A program made the translations under genes and the position numbers. Shown here in pieces: positions 18,022-27,195 of a DNA stretch of 42,965 bases. The notes below the pieces were generated by a model, which did no database searches, was not told where the DNA came from, and worked only from the letters and a program-made list of their open reading frames with translations. Every line of letters begins with the position of its first letter. Position 1 is the stretch's first letter. The DNA lies in sequence record NZ_CP050991.1. One strand, written 5' to 3'. This stretch comes from a plasmid.

Positions 18022-19046
18022 GAGCGGGCCGTTGCGTCCAGGAAGCGATAGCGGCCGCGTCGTTTCAGCATGATGTTGCTCACATACTCGCGGCTGATGC
18101 CATAGAACGAGCGCTGGCCGTATCCCGCCTTGCGGCTGGGGCCATCGGCCTTCTCGACATTGCCGAACCAGCGCGAGGGGTCGCAATCGTCCTGTGCCGC
18201 GCAGCGGCTGCGGCTGATGGCCAGCATGCCTGGCCCGGCGTTGTAGCAGTTGAGCGCCATGGCCAGGCGCTCGGCTTCGTCGGCCGCGCCGCGCACCGGG
18301 TCATAACAGCGCTTGTCCTGCAGCACCAGCGCCCGCGCCTGCAGCCTGGCGTCGTAGGGTTTGTCCCAAGACCAGCCGGCCAGCAAGCGGCTGTGCTGGC
18401 GCTTCAAGTCGCTCAGGGTGTCGAAGCGAGCGGTGCGCGTCACCTGTCCCAGGCCCACGCCGCGTTCGCGCGGCGTTTTCAATTCCGCCCGCTCCGACCA
18501 GCAGGATTTCGACTTCAGGCTGGGGCAGGTTTCCTGTTCCACCTGCGCGGCCAGCACCGAGGGCGCAGGATGATCCGGCCACAACGCCCGCTGTTCGCCG
18601 ATGACAATGGGCAGGTTGCGATAGGCGTTGTCCGGCAAGCCGCCGGGCAGGGCGGCGGCATGGCCGGGGGAAATGAACATGAGCACGAAGGCCAGCAGCA
18701 GGCAGGCTTTGAACATGACTACCGCGGCAAACACGATGGCGGAGGCCAACGGCTCGCGTTGAGCCGAAGCCAGCAGCAGACCCAGCTGCACGCGGGGAAA
18801 CAAGATGCGGCGCAGCACATGGCCGAGCAGCACCATCGCCGCCAGCACGAAGGCCAGCGCCGACAGCAGGTCGCCCGGCGTGCCGGACCAGGACAGGCGG
18901 TTGAGCGCCAGCAGGCTGGCGCCGCCGACCAGGGCCAGCAGCAGCAGCCGCGCGCAATCGCTTGCCAGATCGCGGCGCAGATGATGCAGCGCCTGCCAGT
19001 GGCGGCGGCCGGCTAGCCGCAAACGGGTCGATAGCAATGACAACAT
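18018..19046 (-). CDS. Membrane-anchored lytic transglycosylase (SLT domain), endolysin-like
   Basis: 343 aa from ATG 19046 (GAGG upstream). N-terminal hydrophobic segments, then a C-terminal SLT-like domain (QVEQETCPSLKSKSCWSERAELKTPRERGVGLGQVTR...ALNCYNAGPG). Confidence 0.7.
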   Translation of the reverse strand: MLSLLSTRLRLAGRRHWQALHHLRRDLASDCARLLLLALVGGASLLALNRLSWSGTPGDLLSALAFVLAAMVLLGHVLRRILFPRVQLGLLLASAQREPLASAIVFAAVVMFKACLLLAFVLMFISPGHAAALPGGLPDNAYRNLPIVIGEQRALWPDHPAPSVLAAQVEQETCPSLKSKSCWSERAELKTPRERGVGLGQVTRTARFDTLSDLKRQHSRLLAGWSWDKPYDARLQARALVLQDKRCYDPVRGAADEAERLAMALNCYNAGPGMLAISRSRCAAQDDCDPSRWFGNVEKADGPSRKAGYGQRSFYGISREYVSNIMLKRRGRYRFLDATARS

Positions 19047-19126
19047 GGAAGCCTCGCTTGGAAGAGGGGGCGGGGACCGGACCCGGCGGTCCGGCGAAGA
19101 GGGGAGGCGGCCAGCGCCGCCGGGGC

Positions 19127-19438
19127 TTACTTGAAGCTGGATTTCAGCCACAGCCACACGGCGGCCACCGCCACGCCAACGGTAAACATCCAGCGCGCGA
19201 CGTGGCCCAGCGCGCGCAGCAAGTTGAACGCGCCGCGCGTGGTTTCCCACGCTTCCAGCAAATCGCGCAGGTCATGCAGGGTGGCGTTCAGCTCATCCAG
19301 TGTTTTCTGCTGGGTGTCGCGCTGGCGCACCACTTCGGCCAGGGTGGCTTCGGTGGTGGCCAGTCTTTGTTCCAGGCCGCGCCAACGCTCGTCGTGGTGA
19401 AACGCCGACGAGGGAACGGCGTTGCTGCGTTCAGACAT
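19127..19438 (-). CDS. Small C-tail-anchored membrane protein with a cytoplasmic coiled coil. Possible holin/antiholin-like lysis regulator
   Basis: 103 aa. One C-terminal transmembrane helix (WMFTVGVAVAAVWLWL). Position immediately upstream of the transglycosylase and spanin genes. Confidence 0.3.
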   Translation of the reverse strand: MSERSNAVPSSAFHHDERWRGLEQRLATTEATLAEVVRQRDTQQKTLDELNATLHDLRDLLEAWETTRGAFNLLRALGHVARWMFTVGVAVAAVWLWLKSSFK

Positions 19439-20186
19439 GCATCAGCCCTTGCAACACGCGCTCCCAATCGGCTTGCTGGGCGGTGGGCGCGTCGCCGAAC
19501 CAGTCCCAGCCCAGATAGCTGACGCGGCCGCTGCCGTAAGGGAAGCTGGCTACCACCGGGTTGCCGCCCTCGTCCACGTACAGGACCTGGGCGGCGCTGG
19601 ACGGAGGACAGATCAGGGCGTTGGTGGCGTTCTGCCCGATCAGCGCCTCGGGCAGGTCGGCGGGCAGATTCGGTATCTGCGGCGCCTCCACCTTGCTCAG
19701 CGTCTTGCCACCGGCATCCGCGCCGGCGGTGACGTTCAGACCGAACAGATTCAGCAGGCCGATGGAGCTGGCCTCCGTGGCGCTGCCGTAAAACAGCAGC
19801 ATGTGGCCGCCATCGGCGACAAAGCGTCGCAACAAGGTCTGGCTGTCTGCGGACAAGTCCGCGAACATGGAGCCGGTTTCCAGTTCCGGTATCAGCAACG
19901 TGCGGCAACCGGCCAGGCCGGCGGTCAACCCGCTGACGGAAATGTCGGAAAATGTCTGATAGCTGAGGCGCAGACGGCTGGAAAGCATGGTTTTGAGATT
20001 GTCGGCCTCGTCATTCTGATATTTGTCGTTCTTCATCAGGCTGATTCCCGTGAGCAGAGGACAGGCCCGGCCGTTCAACCAGGCGTACAGGCCGGTTATA
20101 GGCTGCGCCGCGCCCGAGGGGCCGGCATGCCAAAGCGGCGGATTCAGCAGCTGCGCGCCGCTTGGGGAGGCTCGGTATAGCGCCAT
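19431..20186 (-). CDS. Hypothetical protein immediately downstream of the fibre-like gene (possible fibre-associated or assembly factor)
   Basis: 252 aa from ATG 20186. 2-nt gap after the fibre gene and 8-nt overlap with the next gene. No confident motif. Confidence 0.3.
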   Translation of the reverse strand: MALYRASPSGAQLLNPPLWHAGPSGAAQPITGLYAWLNGRACPLLTGISLMKNDKYQNDEADNLKTMLSSRLRLSYQTFSDISVSGLTAGLAGCRTLLIPELETGSMFADLSADSQTLLRRFVADGGHMLLFYGSATEASSIGLLNLFGLNVTAGADAGGKTLSKVEAPQIPNLPADLPEALIGQNATNALICPPSSAAQVLYVDEGGNPVVASFPYGSGRVSYLGWDWFGDAPTAQQADWERVLQGLMHV

Positions 20187-20187
20187 G

Positions 20188-21468
20188 TCAACCCGCCTTG
20201 TAAGTGGCGACCAACAGCGCGCCGGCGGCGAGGGCTGCCTGCACCGCCTGCAGCGTCTGATCCGCCGTGGCGGCTTCCGCAACAAACACGATGCGCTGGT
20301 TCAAATAGCCGGCGTCCAGCTGGCCATAGTTCACGCCTAGTCCGCCGGCGCCGAGCGTCAACGGCGACGCCGCGTTGATCTTCAGGCCGTTGCCGTCCAC
20401 CGCCAGGCCGCTGTTGGCGGCCAGCTTCACGTTGACGGGGCCGCCGCTGGCGTCCAGGCCGTTGCCGGCGACGATCTTGACGCCGGCGCCATCGGCGGCG
20501 AGTCCCGAGCCGGTCGACACTTTCAGTCCTGCCGCGTCCACCGCCAGGCCGCTGTTGGCGGCCAGCTTCACGCTGACGGCGCTGCCGCTGGCATCCAGGC
20601 CGTTGCCGGCAGCCACCGACACGCCGCTGTCGGTGATGGCGATGCCGTTGCCCGCGTCCACCGCCAGGCCCTTGCCATCTACCTGCAGGCCGCTGCCGGC
20701 CGCCAGTTTCAGATTCAGATTCAGGCCCTGCTTGGCCAGGCCGTTGCCGGCGCGCAGGTAGTCCAGGTCGGTGCGATAGGTCCAGCTGGGTTTGGCCGGG
20801 TCGCCGTCCATCACCCACAGCGTGCCGCCGTAAACGCCGCCATCGGTCGCCATCACCGCGGTGCCGCGCTCCAGCTCGTAATAGGGATCGCCGTCCAGCT
20901 CCGGCGCGCGGGTCCAGCCGCCGGCCTGCACTACCCACAGCACATTGTCCGGGTGGCTATCCTGGCCGCCGCTGCCGCCCTGGCGTGTGGCCAGCACCCT
21001 GTCGCCGGCCTGCAGCGGCACGCCGTCCGCCGCCGGCGGAATGCCGCTCAGCGCGGTCGGGTGGGTCAGCACCGCGCGCGCCTGGGCGCGCAGCGTCAGG
21101 CCCAGCGCCGCGTTGCTGACAAACTGGCTGACGGCGCTGGCGGTGACCAGCTGCTGATCGGGCTGGCTGGCCAGATTGATGTCTTGATTGACGACGCCGC
21201 TGACGGACGGGCCGGTGGCCAGTTGCAGCGCGCCGCTGACCGCCAGATTGCCGGTCACGTTGACAGCGTCTTTGCCGTTGTTGCCCAGCGCGATGGCCAC
21301 GGACTGGCCGTCCGGGCTGGTCACGCTGATGTGGTCGTCGACCTGGTTCAGGCTGGCGTCGAACACATTGGCGAAATCGCTGGCGGTGGGTTTCTTGCCC
21401 GCCTGGAAACTCGTCTTGAGCGCGCTGCGGGTGAGAGGATTGGCGGTGTCTGGCATGTAGATATCCAT
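20188..21468 (-). CDS. Tail-fibre-like protein (short second fibre)
   Basis: 426 aa. The N-terminus KTSFQAGKKPTASDFANVFDAS shares a K..F..PT[GA]SDFA..DA motif with the large fibre (36118..39885). Internal AGNGL/AANSGLAVD repeats, with ~130-bp nucleotide repeats at 20389-20470 and 20535-20615. Confidence 0.55.
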   Translation of the reverse strand: MDIYMPDTANPLTRSALKTSFQAGKKPTASDFANVFDASLNQVDDHISVTSPDGQSVAIALGNNGKDAVNVTGNLAVSGALQLATGPSVSGVVNQDINLASQPDQQLVTASAVSQFVSNAALGLTLRAQARAVLTHPTALSGIPPAADGVPLQAGDRVLATRQGGSGGQDSHPDNVLWVVQAGGWTRAPELDGDPYYELERGTAVMATDGGVYGGTLWVMDGDPAKPSWTYRTDLDYLRAGNGLAKQGLNLNLKLAAGSGLQVDGKGLAVDAGNGIAITDSGVSVAAGNGLDASGSAVSVKLAANSGLAVDAAGLKVSTGSGLAADGAGVKIVAGNGLDASGGPVNVKLAANSGLAVDGNGLKINAASPLTLGAGGLGVNYGQLDAGYLNQRIVFVAEAATADQTLQAVQAALAAGALLVATYKAG

Positions 21469-21636
21469 TCTGAGAGGGCGGGCGCCACCCAGGCCCGCGG
21501 CGGGCGAACAAACCGGATTAGGGAGTCGGTGTTTGAAGCGGAATTTCGCCCTGGAGCCAGGGCTTGGGTGGCGTGGACATTATGGCAAAGGGCTCGTGCG
21601 CGCGGCCGGCGGCGGCCCACGCCCGGTGTAGCCACG

Positions 21637-23523
21637 TCAGGCGGTGGCGGCTGGCTGGCTGAGCAGCCGCTGCGAGCGCCGGTTGCCGGCCCACACCTCG
21701 GTGCGGTACTGGCCGTCCAGCAGCGCCAGCGCCTGGCGCGCGATGCCGCGCTCGCGCCATTCCGGCGCGATGAGCACGCACAGATTGCGTCCGCCGTCCG
21801 CCTCGTCGCGCAGCGAGAAAAAGCCCAGCAGGCCGGCGTCCGGGTGCAGGATGGCCAGCAATTGGTTATCCGGATTGTCCCGCTCCGCCTCGATCCAGGC
21901 GGCGGCGGCTTCCGGCTCCGACAGATCCGGCAGCCGCGTCAGCGCCATGTCGTGCGGCCGGCGGCAGGCCCAGGCCAGCTCGCGGGCGTGATGCGGGCAC
22001 AGCGGCGACAGGCGCAGGCCGTCCGCGGCGGCGGCCTCCGCCGGCAGATCGGCGCGCCAGGCGTCGAAACGGCGGCGCAGCTTGACGGTTTTGGGGTGGT
22101 CCGGCTCGGCCTCTTCCAGGGCGGCCAGGATGTCGGCGGCCAGCGCCGCGTCGCCGACCAGCATTTCCAGCAACGCCAGATTGTGCAGCGCCGGACCGGC
22201 CGGCGCGTCGTGGCGCAGCGCGTCGAGAAAGGCTGCGCGCGCCGCGCCGTAATGCGCCAGCCGCATCGCCAGGCAGCCCAGGTCGAAGTGGTGGCTGCCG
22301 CCTGGCAGGCTGCGCGCCCAGGCACGATCCAGCGCTTGGCGCCAGGCCGGGCGTTGCTCGGCGGATATCGGCAAGGCCTGCAGCGCGTCCAGATGGCGGG
22401 CCAGCCAGCGCGGGTTGTGGCCTTGGCGGACCAGCGCGTCCAAGCTGGGCGCGTCGCCGCCGTCCAGGATCTCGCCGGCGGTTTCCGGCAGCGCCAGCCG
22501 CGTCAGCGGCCATGGCCGATGGCCGGGCTGCAGCACGCCGCACAGCAGCAGCGCGTCCTCTTCCGGGTTCAGGCGCATATTCAGCGCCGGCCAGCGCCAG
22601 GTCAGCGCCTCGGCGTTCAACGGCAGGATCGGATCCAGCGCGGCGGGCAGCGCGGTCGGCAGCCGGCCGCCGTGTCCCTGGTCGGCCAGATACAGCAGCA
22701 CGCCGTCCGGATGCGCCGCCGCCAGCGCGTCCGCGTGCTGGAACAAGGCCAGCGGCAGCGACGCCACGCCGACATCGGCGCGGCCCTGCTGCCGCGCCGC
22801 CAGCGCCTGCTCGTTTTCGGCGGCGAACAGCGGTGCGTGGACGGCGGCCGGCAGCGGCCCGCCCACGTTCAACGCAACAATGGCCTCGGACGCGGCGTCC
22901 GCCGGCTCCAGCCGCCAGCGCGGGCCGTCCTCGCACACCGCCACGCTGGCGCGCCAGGCCGCGCCGTAATGGCACCAGGCCACGCGCGCAGGCCGCCGGC
23001 TGTAATGGCCGTGGGCGATCAGCGCGGCGTGGCGGCCCGGCTGCGGCGCCGGATCGCCATCGGCCAGCTGCCAGACGCCGTCGGCCAGCAGCCGGGTGAT
23101 GGGCGGATGCCCGGCCAATCGCGGCAGCGCGTGATACAGCCGGAAAACCAGCGGCGGCAAGGCCATCTCGCCGGCTAGATCCAGCAGATTGCACCACAAC
23201 TGCCAGGCGAAGTCGCCGTCGTGGCTGCCGGGCAGGTGCACGGTCAGCGGCGCGTCGCCGTCGGCGGCGCCGTCCAGCAGAAAAGCCAGCAGCAGCCGCG
23301 CGGCGGCCAGGCTGCCGCCGCCGTGATTGGGCAGGGCCGGCGGCAAGGCCGCCAGATCCTCGCGCCACAAGGGTGCGTCTTCATAGGCCTGGGCTGGAAT
23401 GTGCGCGTCTATGCGCGAAACCGGCGGCGGCAGCGGGGCTTCCGGGGTCAAATCGGGCGAGGCGGCGGCATGGCTCAGGCGCAGCGGATGCGCGCCGGCC
23501 GGCAAGGAGGAGGCTGTGGTCAT
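21637..23523 (-). CDS. Large TPR-like protein with a C-terminal GNAT-acetyltransferase-like domain
   Basis: 628 aa. The C-terminus LCVLIAPEWRERGIARQALALLDGQYRTEVWAGNRRSQRLL resembles a GNAT motif A/B region. TPR-like helical repeats upstream. Confidence 0.35.
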   Translation of the reverse strand: MTTASSLPAGAHPLRLSHAAASPDLTPEAPLPPPVSRIDAHIPAQAYEDAPLWREDLAALPPALPNHGGGSLAAARLLLAFLLDGAADGDAPLTVHLPGSHDGDFAWQLWCNLLDLAGEMALPPLVFRLYHALPRLAGHPPITRLLADGVWQLADGDPAPQPGRHAALIAHGHYSRRPARVAWCHYGAAWRASVAVCEDGPRWRLEPADAASEAIVALNVGGPLPAAVHAPLFAAENEQALAARQQGRADVGVASLPLALFQHADALAAAHPDGVLLYLADQGHGGRLPTALPAALDPILPLNAEALTWRWPALNMRLNPEEDALLLCGVLQPGHRPWPLTRLALPETAGEILDGGDAPSLDALVRQGHNPRWLARHLDALQALPISAEQRPAWRQALDRAWARSLPGGSHHFDLGCLAMRLAHYGAARAAFLDALRHDAPAGPALHNLALLEMLVGDAALAADILAALEEAEPDHPKTVKLRRRFDAWRADLPAEAAAADGLRLSPLCPHHARELAWACRRPHDMALTRLPDLSEPEAAAAWIEAERDNPDNQLLAILHPDAGLLGFFSLRDEADGGRNLCVLIAPEWRERGIARQALALLDGQYRTEVWAGNRRSQRLLSQPAATA

Positions 23524-23584
23524 GGCGGTTGGGAGCAGGGCAGGGCGGGCGGGCGGCCCGCGGGATGGAATGGGGAGGAGGGGC

Positions 23585-23833
23585 TTAGCCGCGCAGCTCG
23601 CGCGCCGGCGGCAAGGTCAGCTTGCCGGCGCGGCGCAGCCGGTGGCGGGCGTAAGGCGCGTAAATGCCTTTCCAGTCCACTTGGCCCAGGCTCAGCTCGA
23701 CGATTTTCAGCGCCTGTTGCGGGCTGGGCGCGCGCTCCATCCGCCGCCAGCTGCTGGCGGTGCGCAGGGCGACGCCGAATTGACGGGCGGCGGCTTCGTC
23801 GCCGATGCAGTGGATATAGACCGATAGTTCCAT
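23585..23833 (-). CDS. Cro/YdaS-like small HTH regulator
   Basis: 82 aa from ATG 23833. AAARQFGVALRTASSWRR...IVELSLGQVDW fits a Cro/YdaS-type helix-turn-helix. AT-rich promoter upstream. Confidence 0.4.
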   Translation of the reverse strand: MELSVYIHCIGDEAAARQFGVALRTASSWRRMERAPSPQQALKIVELSLGQVDWKGIYAPYARHRLRRAGKLTLPPARELRG

Positions 23834-23962
23834 GGCGGGGCTTCCGGTGGAATGTGGGCTGGCTGGCGCGTCCGGACAGCCGGTTTTCAGCCAGCACATC
23901 ATGCCATTTGGTTTAAGTTGTTTCAAATATCGACATGGATAATCCATGATATGACAAATGCC

Positions 23963-24160
23963 TTAATTTTCCGAGGCGCGCTCATAGCAGCCGGGAAAAT
24001 ACTCGCGCGCCAGTCCATTGCGCAGCAGCAGACGCACGGCGGCGCGTTCCGACGTGGTCAGCTTTTCGGCAGCCTGCGGTTTGCGCCGCAAACGCCGCAG
24101 CAGGCGGGGCAGGGCGGCGCGATCCGCGTCGAAAAATAAGCAATGCGCGCGTTTTTTCAT
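23963..24160 (-). CDS. Small basic hypothetical protein (possible regulator)
   Basis: 65 aa from ATG 24160 in an AT-rich context. No motif recognised. Confidence 0.2.
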   Translation of the reverse strand: MKKRAHCLFFDADRAALPRLLRRLRRKPQAAEKLTTSERAAVRLLLRNGLAREYFPGCYERASEN

Positions 24161-24375
24161 GGAAATTAATTGAATTGGCATCTCAGCCATTCTATGGCTT
24201 GCCGCCGCCGCCGGGCGCGGCCGCCTCCACCGTCTGTGAAAGACCGTGCCGCCCATCCGGTCATGGCTAGCCGGCGCGGCGGGTCAGAATGGGGGGAGGG
24301 GGCGATACCCGGCCGCCCTTGCATTCATGCAGTTTGCCTCGCCGTCGGGCACAGGAAATGGCCTGTGGCGGATGG

Positions 24376-25542
24376 TTAGAACTTCAGCTTGGTCAGGAAG
24401 CGCGGCCAGTCATGCTTGGCGGTACGGCCCTCCCGTCCGGCGGTCTGCGTCAGATCGTCCAGCACGGTATTGATGATGGCTGCGTAACTATCTTTGAAAT
24501 CTTGGTGGAAGTGCGCTTGTTCCGTCACTGGGCGGACGTCATTTTTCAAGCGCCAGTAGTGCCGCGCAGGGTTCCAGTAGAGGTTCATCTGCGCAATGCT
24601 CTCTTGTTTCTTGTTGGTGTAGCCGAACATCCTGGCGGGCTGCAGCTCGCGTCCATCCGCGGTTTTGATGGGCTCGATGCCGCGGATGGTTCCATCTCCG
24701 GCCAACTGATTGTAGCCGGCCAGCACCTTGCGGGAGACGGCCGAATCTGCCGCCGGCGCTGCCAGAATCTGGCCGACTTTAGCCACCGTCTTATCCTGCT
24801 CGTCTTGCTCCGGCTGGCTGGCCGCCAGCACCAGCGGGTCTTGCAGGTTTTTCCACAGTTTGTCCGGCCGCCCCAAGCGCGCCTGCAGCGCATTGAGCGA
24901 CATGGCCAGATGGCTGGCATCGTTCAACAAGCGGTAAGTTTTGCCGGTAACGGTGGATCTTTCTTCACTGCCGGGCTTGCCTGGGGCGGCTAGGCTTTCC
25001 ATGTGGAAGGAGATTTCCAAATGGCCGAAGTAATTGCACATCAAGGTATTGTTGCCGGTGACCGAAGCCGGCCTGAATAAGCGGGAACCTGGCGGCAGCA
25101 CCGCAGCCAACGCATCCGTGACGGTTTTGGTGTGGCTCTCCAGATATTGCTTGGGGGTGGTGGCCGTGCCGGCATCAAAGGCTTTTCCGTTAGCCACTTC
25201 CAGGTCAAAGTCCAGATCGCGCATATTGCGGCTGGCGGGGCCGAGGCGACCGGTTGCGGTGTGCTTGAGTGTCAAGGCCGTGCCGCCGCCCAGCATAACT
25301 TCCGTGCCGGGCAATTCACTTTCGACGCTATGGCTGATGTTAGCGGCCAGGTCAGGCAGTAAATCCAGCAGCGCCGCATCCTGTTCTGTTGCGAGCGTAG
25401 ATGTAGGTTTTGACAAGGGGCTATTCGGGACAAAATTGGACGCCAGCCGGTTCTTCTTGCTTCGCGGATCATAGTTCGCAGCCTTGAGCAGCGGATGGGC
25501 TGGGGCTTGCATCATGAGGAACCTTTCCCGGATGACTGTCAT
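24376..25542 (-). CDS. Hypothetical protein in the cargo region. Possible nucleotidyltransferase-fold motif
   Basis: 388 aa (alternative start at 25515 with a better ribosome-binding site, AAAGG). GGGTAL...(22 aa)...RDLDFDL loosely resembles the G[GS]...DxD nucleotidyltransferase signature. Moderate GC. Confidence 0.3.
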   Translation of the reverse strand: MTVIRERFLMMQAPAHPLLKAANYDPRSKKNRLASNFVPNSPLSKPTSTLATEQDAALLDLLPDLAANISHSVESELPGTEVMLGGGTALTLKHTATGRLGPASRNMRDLDFDLEVANGKAFDAGTATTPKQYLESHTKTVTDALAAVLPPGSRLFRPASVTGNNTLMCNYFGHLEISFHMESLAAPGKPGSEERSTVTGKTYRLLNDASHLAMSLNALQARLGRPDKLWKNLQDPLVLAASQPEQDEQDKTVAKVGQILAAPAADSAVSRKVLAGYNQLAGDGTIRGIEPIKTADGRELQPARMFGYTNKKQESIAQMNLYWNPARHYWRLKNDVRPVTEQAHFHQDFKDSYAAIINTVLDDLTQTAGREGRTAKHDWPRFLTKLKF

Positions 25543-25568
25543 CCGCGTGATGTCGTCTACGTCGGGGG

Positions 25569-26369
25569 CTAGCGCGGCTTGCCTTGCCGCAATGCATCCA
25601 GCGCACTGCGGTGCCGGCTCTCATTAGCGGCTTGGATTTGCCTGTGCAGTTCTTTCCCCGCCTCATGCGAGGTAAGGTCTTTGCTTTGCTGTGCCAGCCT
25701 TTCCAGCTCCTCCGCGCCGTGTACCAAGCCGGCTGTTTTCCAGGCGATGGACAGGCCTTTGAATCCGGCCTTGCCTAAGGGATGGGGGGTGATTTGCGCT
25801 GCAATATCCAGCCCCGCGCCCACGGTGGCGCCAATGGAGGCGCTGGTCACCAGCCTGTCCGTTCCCGCCTCGCGCAGCTCGCTTTTCGCCCTTTGCAGCT
25901 CGTCCAGCTTGTCCTGCGTCACCGTGCCGGCCGCTGCCGTGGCCTTGGCCGCTTTTTTAACGCCTTCCAGGGTAAAGCTGGCGTTATGCACCACATCCGT
26001 GACCACGGCCGTGCCCAGCCGGGTTTTGTCCAGCTCCCGGACATTGCCAAATGCCGTGAATTCACCCAGGTTGGCGGCAAAGCTCAGCCCCTCCCGCACG
26101 GCTTGTGCGCCGGGCAGCTTGCCTTGGGCGACATGGCCCAGCGCCAGGCCCCGGCCTTGCAGATTGTTTTCTGCCTGCTGGACGGGGGAGTAATGCTGAT
26201 TGGCTTCATGGGCGCGGCGTAACAGCCTGTCCACTTGCTGATTGCCATAAGTCTGGGAAGCGGACGATGGCGGCATCGGCGCCGGAGCTTGAATCTTGTT
26301 GCGATATTTCCAGTATTCATAACCGGCGCCGCCCACGCCGATGCCTAATTTAATAGCGGGTCGCCACAT
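25569..26369 (-). CDS. Hypothetical protein with an N-terminal Gly-zipper hydrophobic segment
   Basis: 266 aa. N-terminus MWRPAIKLGIGVGGAGYEYW. No catalytic motif recognised. Confidence 0.3.
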   Translation of the reverse strand: MWRPAIKLGIGVGGAGYEYWKYRNKIQAPAPMPPSSASQTYGNQQVDRLLRRAHEANQHYSPVQQAENNLQGRGLALGHVAQGKLPGAQAVREGLSFAANLGEFTAFGNVRELDKTRLGTAVVTDVVHNASFTLEGVKKAAKATAAAGTVTQDKLDELQRAKSELREAGTDRLVTSASIGATVGAGLDIAAQITPHPLGKAGFKGLSIAWKTAGLVHGAEELERLAQQSKDLTSHEAGKELHRQIQAANESRHRSALDALRQGKPR

Positions 26370-26471
26370 AGCTTTTCCTTGCTGGGATTGATGCGGAATC
26401 GGGGAAAGTTAGGGGCGCATTTCGCCCTCAGCGCAGCCGCGCTCCACATGGATGCTTGGCCATGCGCAAAA

Positions 26472-27026
26472 TCAGCTGGCCTCGTTGCTGACCCATAGGG
26501 TGTTGGAGCTGGACTTCAATGCGCCGGCGGCGCTGTAAACATCGGTCTCGGCCTTGATCCAGCGACAGAAGTAATCCATATAGCCGCTGCCGTTCAACGT
26601 GAGCTTGTCCGCGGTGCTCAAATTGGCGCCCGCCAGCGCCGCGGCTGTCGGCGCGGTGCCGCTGTAATCGGCCTCGACCGAATAATCGATGTTGTCGCCG
26701 GCCGCGATCGCATTTTTCGCGTCCTTCTCGAAAAAGTTCAGCATCTTGGTATTGGCGCTTTTGGTGATCGGCGTCAGGTTATCCATGGTGTCGCCGCCGC
26801 CGATGTGATGATTGAGCAGGTGGCCTTGCACCATATAGTGTTCCGCAAAAGACTGGATGCCGGCGGACAAGCCCTTCATGGCGCTCCACCAGTTGGGGCG
26901 CGATGCCGGCGGCGATTTGCCCATCGCGGCCAAGGCGTTTTTTTCGGATCCGTACAGGGAGGCGCGGACGGAAACGCCGCAGTCATGCCGGCGCGGCGAT
27001 CCGTAATGGATGGTGGATTGCATCAT
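26472..27026 (-). CDS. HNH/EndoVII-fold nuclease-motif protein (paralog 2), candidate toxin/effector
   Basis: 185 aa from ATG 27026 (GGAG upstream). QGHLLNHHIGGGDTMDNLTPITKSAN matches the HNH pattern H-H..GG..NL..P...N (no zinc cysteines) and is paralogous to the 27196..28320 gene. Confidence 0.4.
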   Translation of the reverse strand: MMQSTIHYGSPRRHDCGVSVRASLYGSEKNALAAMGKSPPASRPNWWSAMKGLSAGIQSFAEHYMVQGHLLNHHIGGGDTMDNLTPITKSANTKMLNFFEKDAKNAIAAGDNIDYSVEADYSGTAPTAAALAGANLSTADKLTLNGSGYMDYFCRWIKAETDVYSAAGALKSSSNTLWVSNEAS

Positions 27027-27124
27027 GGTGAGCTCCAGAAAAAACAGCTGCGATAAGCGGCGCCGGCGTCCGCGGGGCCGGGTGAAATACGGCGCTGGGG
27101 CGCGATGCCCAGCGGGCAAATTGC

Positions 27125-27138
27125 GGGGGGGGGGGGGG
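27125..27138. repeat. Homopolymeric G14 tract about 90 bp upstream of the HNH-motif gene, abutting a REP element
   Basis: 14 consecutive G read from the sequence. Confidence 0.5.
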
Positions 27139-27140
27139 AA

Positions 27141-27180
27141 AGCCGGGTGTCACACCCTACGATTGCGCCATACGGCCGTG
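27141..27180. repeat. REP element (AGCCGGGTGTCACACCCTACGATTGC...)
   Basis: Near-identical copy at 29458..29497. Inverted copies at 28558, 29221 and 29327. Confidence 0.6.
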
Positions 27181-27195
27181 GGCAACCGTGGAATG

